From: a virus
Taxonomy: Duplodnaviria > Caudoviricetes
Virus record (IMG/VR): IMGVR_UViG_3300003690_000008
Span: 1 to 60,565 of that record
DNA: 60,565 nucleotides
Reading direction: 5' to 3' (one strand)
The position numbers were made by a program, and so were the translations under genes. Below the pieces are notes generated by a model, which worked only from the letters and a program-made list of their open reading frames with translations, was not told the origin of the DNA and ran no database searches. Position 1 is the stretch's first letter; each line of letters opens with the position of its first letter. Of the stretch, positions 58,984 to 60,565 are shown piece by piece.

Positions 58984-59215
58984 GCCGGCCATAAAAACCT
59001 GGAATGCCGCCGAAGTGTCGCAACTACGAAAAGAGCTAGGGGTCACTCAGGTGAGGTTTTCAGTAATTGCTGGCGTGAGCGTGTTCACGATACATAGCTG
59101 GGAGAACCTAGGCACGAACGGCAATCAGCGAAGGATTCCAACCGCCACGTCCAGAGTCGTTCTCGACTCGCTAGAGAACGAAGCCAGAATAACAGCATCC
59201 TGGAAGGCCGGATAA
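58961..59215 (+). CDS. XRE-family HTH protein
   Basis: LRKELGVTQVRFSVIAGVSVFTIHSWE. Confidence 0.85.
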   Translation: MRKTKKSEPAIKTWNAAEVSQLRKELGVTQVRFSVIAGVSVFTIHSWENLGTNGNQRRIPTATSRVVLDSLENEARITASWKAG

Positions 59216-59241
59216 AATTTCAGAATTTACCGATTCTGGGG

Positions 59242-59270
59242 TTGTACTCTGTACAAGTCGATGCTATATT
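59242..59270 (+). promoter_or_regulatory. sigma70-type promoter candidate upstream of csrA
   Basis: TTGTAC-N17-TATATT with extended -10 TG. Confidence 0.55.
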
Positions 59271-59312
59271 TACCCCCGAATGGAAACCACGAAAAGAAAG
59301 GAATCTCGAACA

Positions 59313-59519
59313 ATGCTTGTTTTGTCACGAAAGAAAGACGAATTCATCGTAATCAGGCCACCTGGATGCGAAGAGATTACTATCGTCGTCATCGAAATAC
59401 GTGGCGATAAGGTTCGGCTCGGGATCAATGCTCCACGGGAAGTGCCTGTCCATAGAAAGGAGGTAATGGATGCCATTGACAGAAAAGCGGCAAAAGAAAT
59501 TCCAGACAACATCACGTAG
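59313..59519 (+). CDS. csrA: carbon storage regulator CsrA
   Basis: MLVLSRKK...IRGDKVRLGINAPREVPVHRKEV. Confidence 0.95.
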   Translation: MLVLSRKKDEFIVIRPPGCEEITIVVIEIRGDKVRLGINAPREVPVHRKEVMDAIDRKAAKEIPDNIT

Positions 59520-59690
59520 AGCCTGGAAAGAGCCACGATCAGAAATCAGCACTCAAGAATAGGACAGTTTTTGACACTGCATTGCAGGTATAGAGAAGCC
59601 TGCTGAAATGATTTTGATCCATGTGGTGAGTCCATTTATTTATTTTAGTATCAGTAGCTTGGAGCCAGTGGAGAAGAAAGCACGGATGCC

Positions 59691-60565
59691 ATGCCGGACG
59701 AAAACGAAATCACACTGCCGCCGATTGGTTTATATCACGACATTCCATTCGACACTTACAAGGCATGGCCAGCGCTGAATGCCTCGACTCTGGTTCACGG
59801 AAGAACAAACATGGAGCACCTAAAGGAAGCCATTGATGGCCACATGGGCATGGACTCCAAGGACCTGGCATTCGGCCGCGCCTTCCATTGCCGTCTTCTT
59901 GAACCGCATCTATATCACGAGCGGTATCTTATGAGCCCTGCGGAAACACGGCCAGCTACCTATGGGATGGTTCTGTCTGGATGTGCGGAACACATGCTCC
60001 CGAAGACGCCATTCAACCAGAGGAGTACGTAACCCCAGAGGACGCCGAGACCCTTGAGTTAATGGCTGCAAAGATCAAGAGCCATAACATCATTAAGCTC
60101 ATTAGACAGCACGGCGGCTTTGAGACTTCGATGATCTGGAATTATGAAGGAATTCCCCTAAAGGGCAGGGTGGACAAACACATCCCCGGCGGAACCTGCC
60201 CGGCGACCATTCTCGACCTAAAGAAGGTCCGATCAAAAAAGGGAGACGACGAATCATTCGCCAGGTCTATTAAGGAGTACCATTACGACATCCGCGCAGC
60301 CATGTACGTTGACGCAATAAAAGCCCTGACTGATGAGTATCCGATATTTGTGTGGGGCATCATAGAAGATAAGCGTCCATTCAGCATCAACACAATCTAC
60401 GCCAATAGAGAAACACTTGCCGTTGGCCGGTACAAATACAAGAAATTACTCGACGATTACCGACACTGCGAGAACGTAGGCGAGTGGCCTGGTTACTCTG
60501 ACGATTTACATCCAGGAGGATTGTCTGAGTATGAAATCAAAGTACACTCAAGCGCAATACAGGAG
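59691..60565 (+). pseudogene. RecE/ExoVIII-like PD-(D/E)xK exonuclease (DUF3799-like), frameshifted near 59930 and truncated by the window end
   Basis: Frame 1: LNASTL...FGRAFHCRLLEP; -1 frame open from 59903 to the end: LKGRVDK...ILDLKK...YHYDIRAAMY...WPGY. Confidence 0.75.

Larger units (their letters stand above)
202..60565 (+). mobile_element. Tailed phage/prophage segment with a Mu-like head module, probable Planctomycetota host
   Basis: Co-directional, tightly coupled ORFs; portal, protease/scaffold, capsid, gp36-, gpG- and MuF-like genes; phage-typical accessory genes. Confidence 0.95.

Noticed and set aside
150-59552. Numerous minus-strand ORFs in the track
   Set aside because: They are antisense shadows of convincing + strand genes and carry no recognisable motifs
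202-60565. Stop-codon reassignment
   Set aside because: The standard code gives dense, full-length, coupled genes using all three stops

Overview
This window is 60.6 kb of a tailed dsDNA phage or prophage, and essentially all real genes lie on the + strand. The host is probably a Planctomycete, inferred from RpoD region 4, ClpC N-domain and CsrA copies that resemble planctomycete orthologues as I recall them. Positions 0.2-29.2 kb hold small early/accessory genes. These include three DNA methyltransferases, three ParB-like proteins, host-regulator fragments, a Tad1-like sponge, a glycosyltransferase, a dCMP deaminase and a displaced fibre island. Positions 29.3-40.6 kb hold Mu-like head, neck and tail genes. 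The standout region is 40.6-55.0 kb, between a DUF935-like portal and a MuF gene. A conserved 35-aa WW-like tag ([ML][AS][VA]EDW..[TFN][RK]GPRGG..W.NV[RK]TG[EK]...Q[KR][ED][NR]PGG) occurs 10 times, plus one degenerate copy, in 7 proteins. Each copy sits directly in front of a cargo domain. The cargos are four R-S-E ADP-ribosyltransferases, an H-type ART-like domain, a DUF3626-like domain, topoisomerase IB, two zincin proteases and a DUF6900 pair. The portal also carries an Acb1-like 2H phosphoesterase ahead of its tag. I infer a modular system for loading enzymes into the capsid and co-ejecting them into the host. No terminase, integrase or replicase is visible in the window. All family assignments come from motif recognition by eye, not from database searches.
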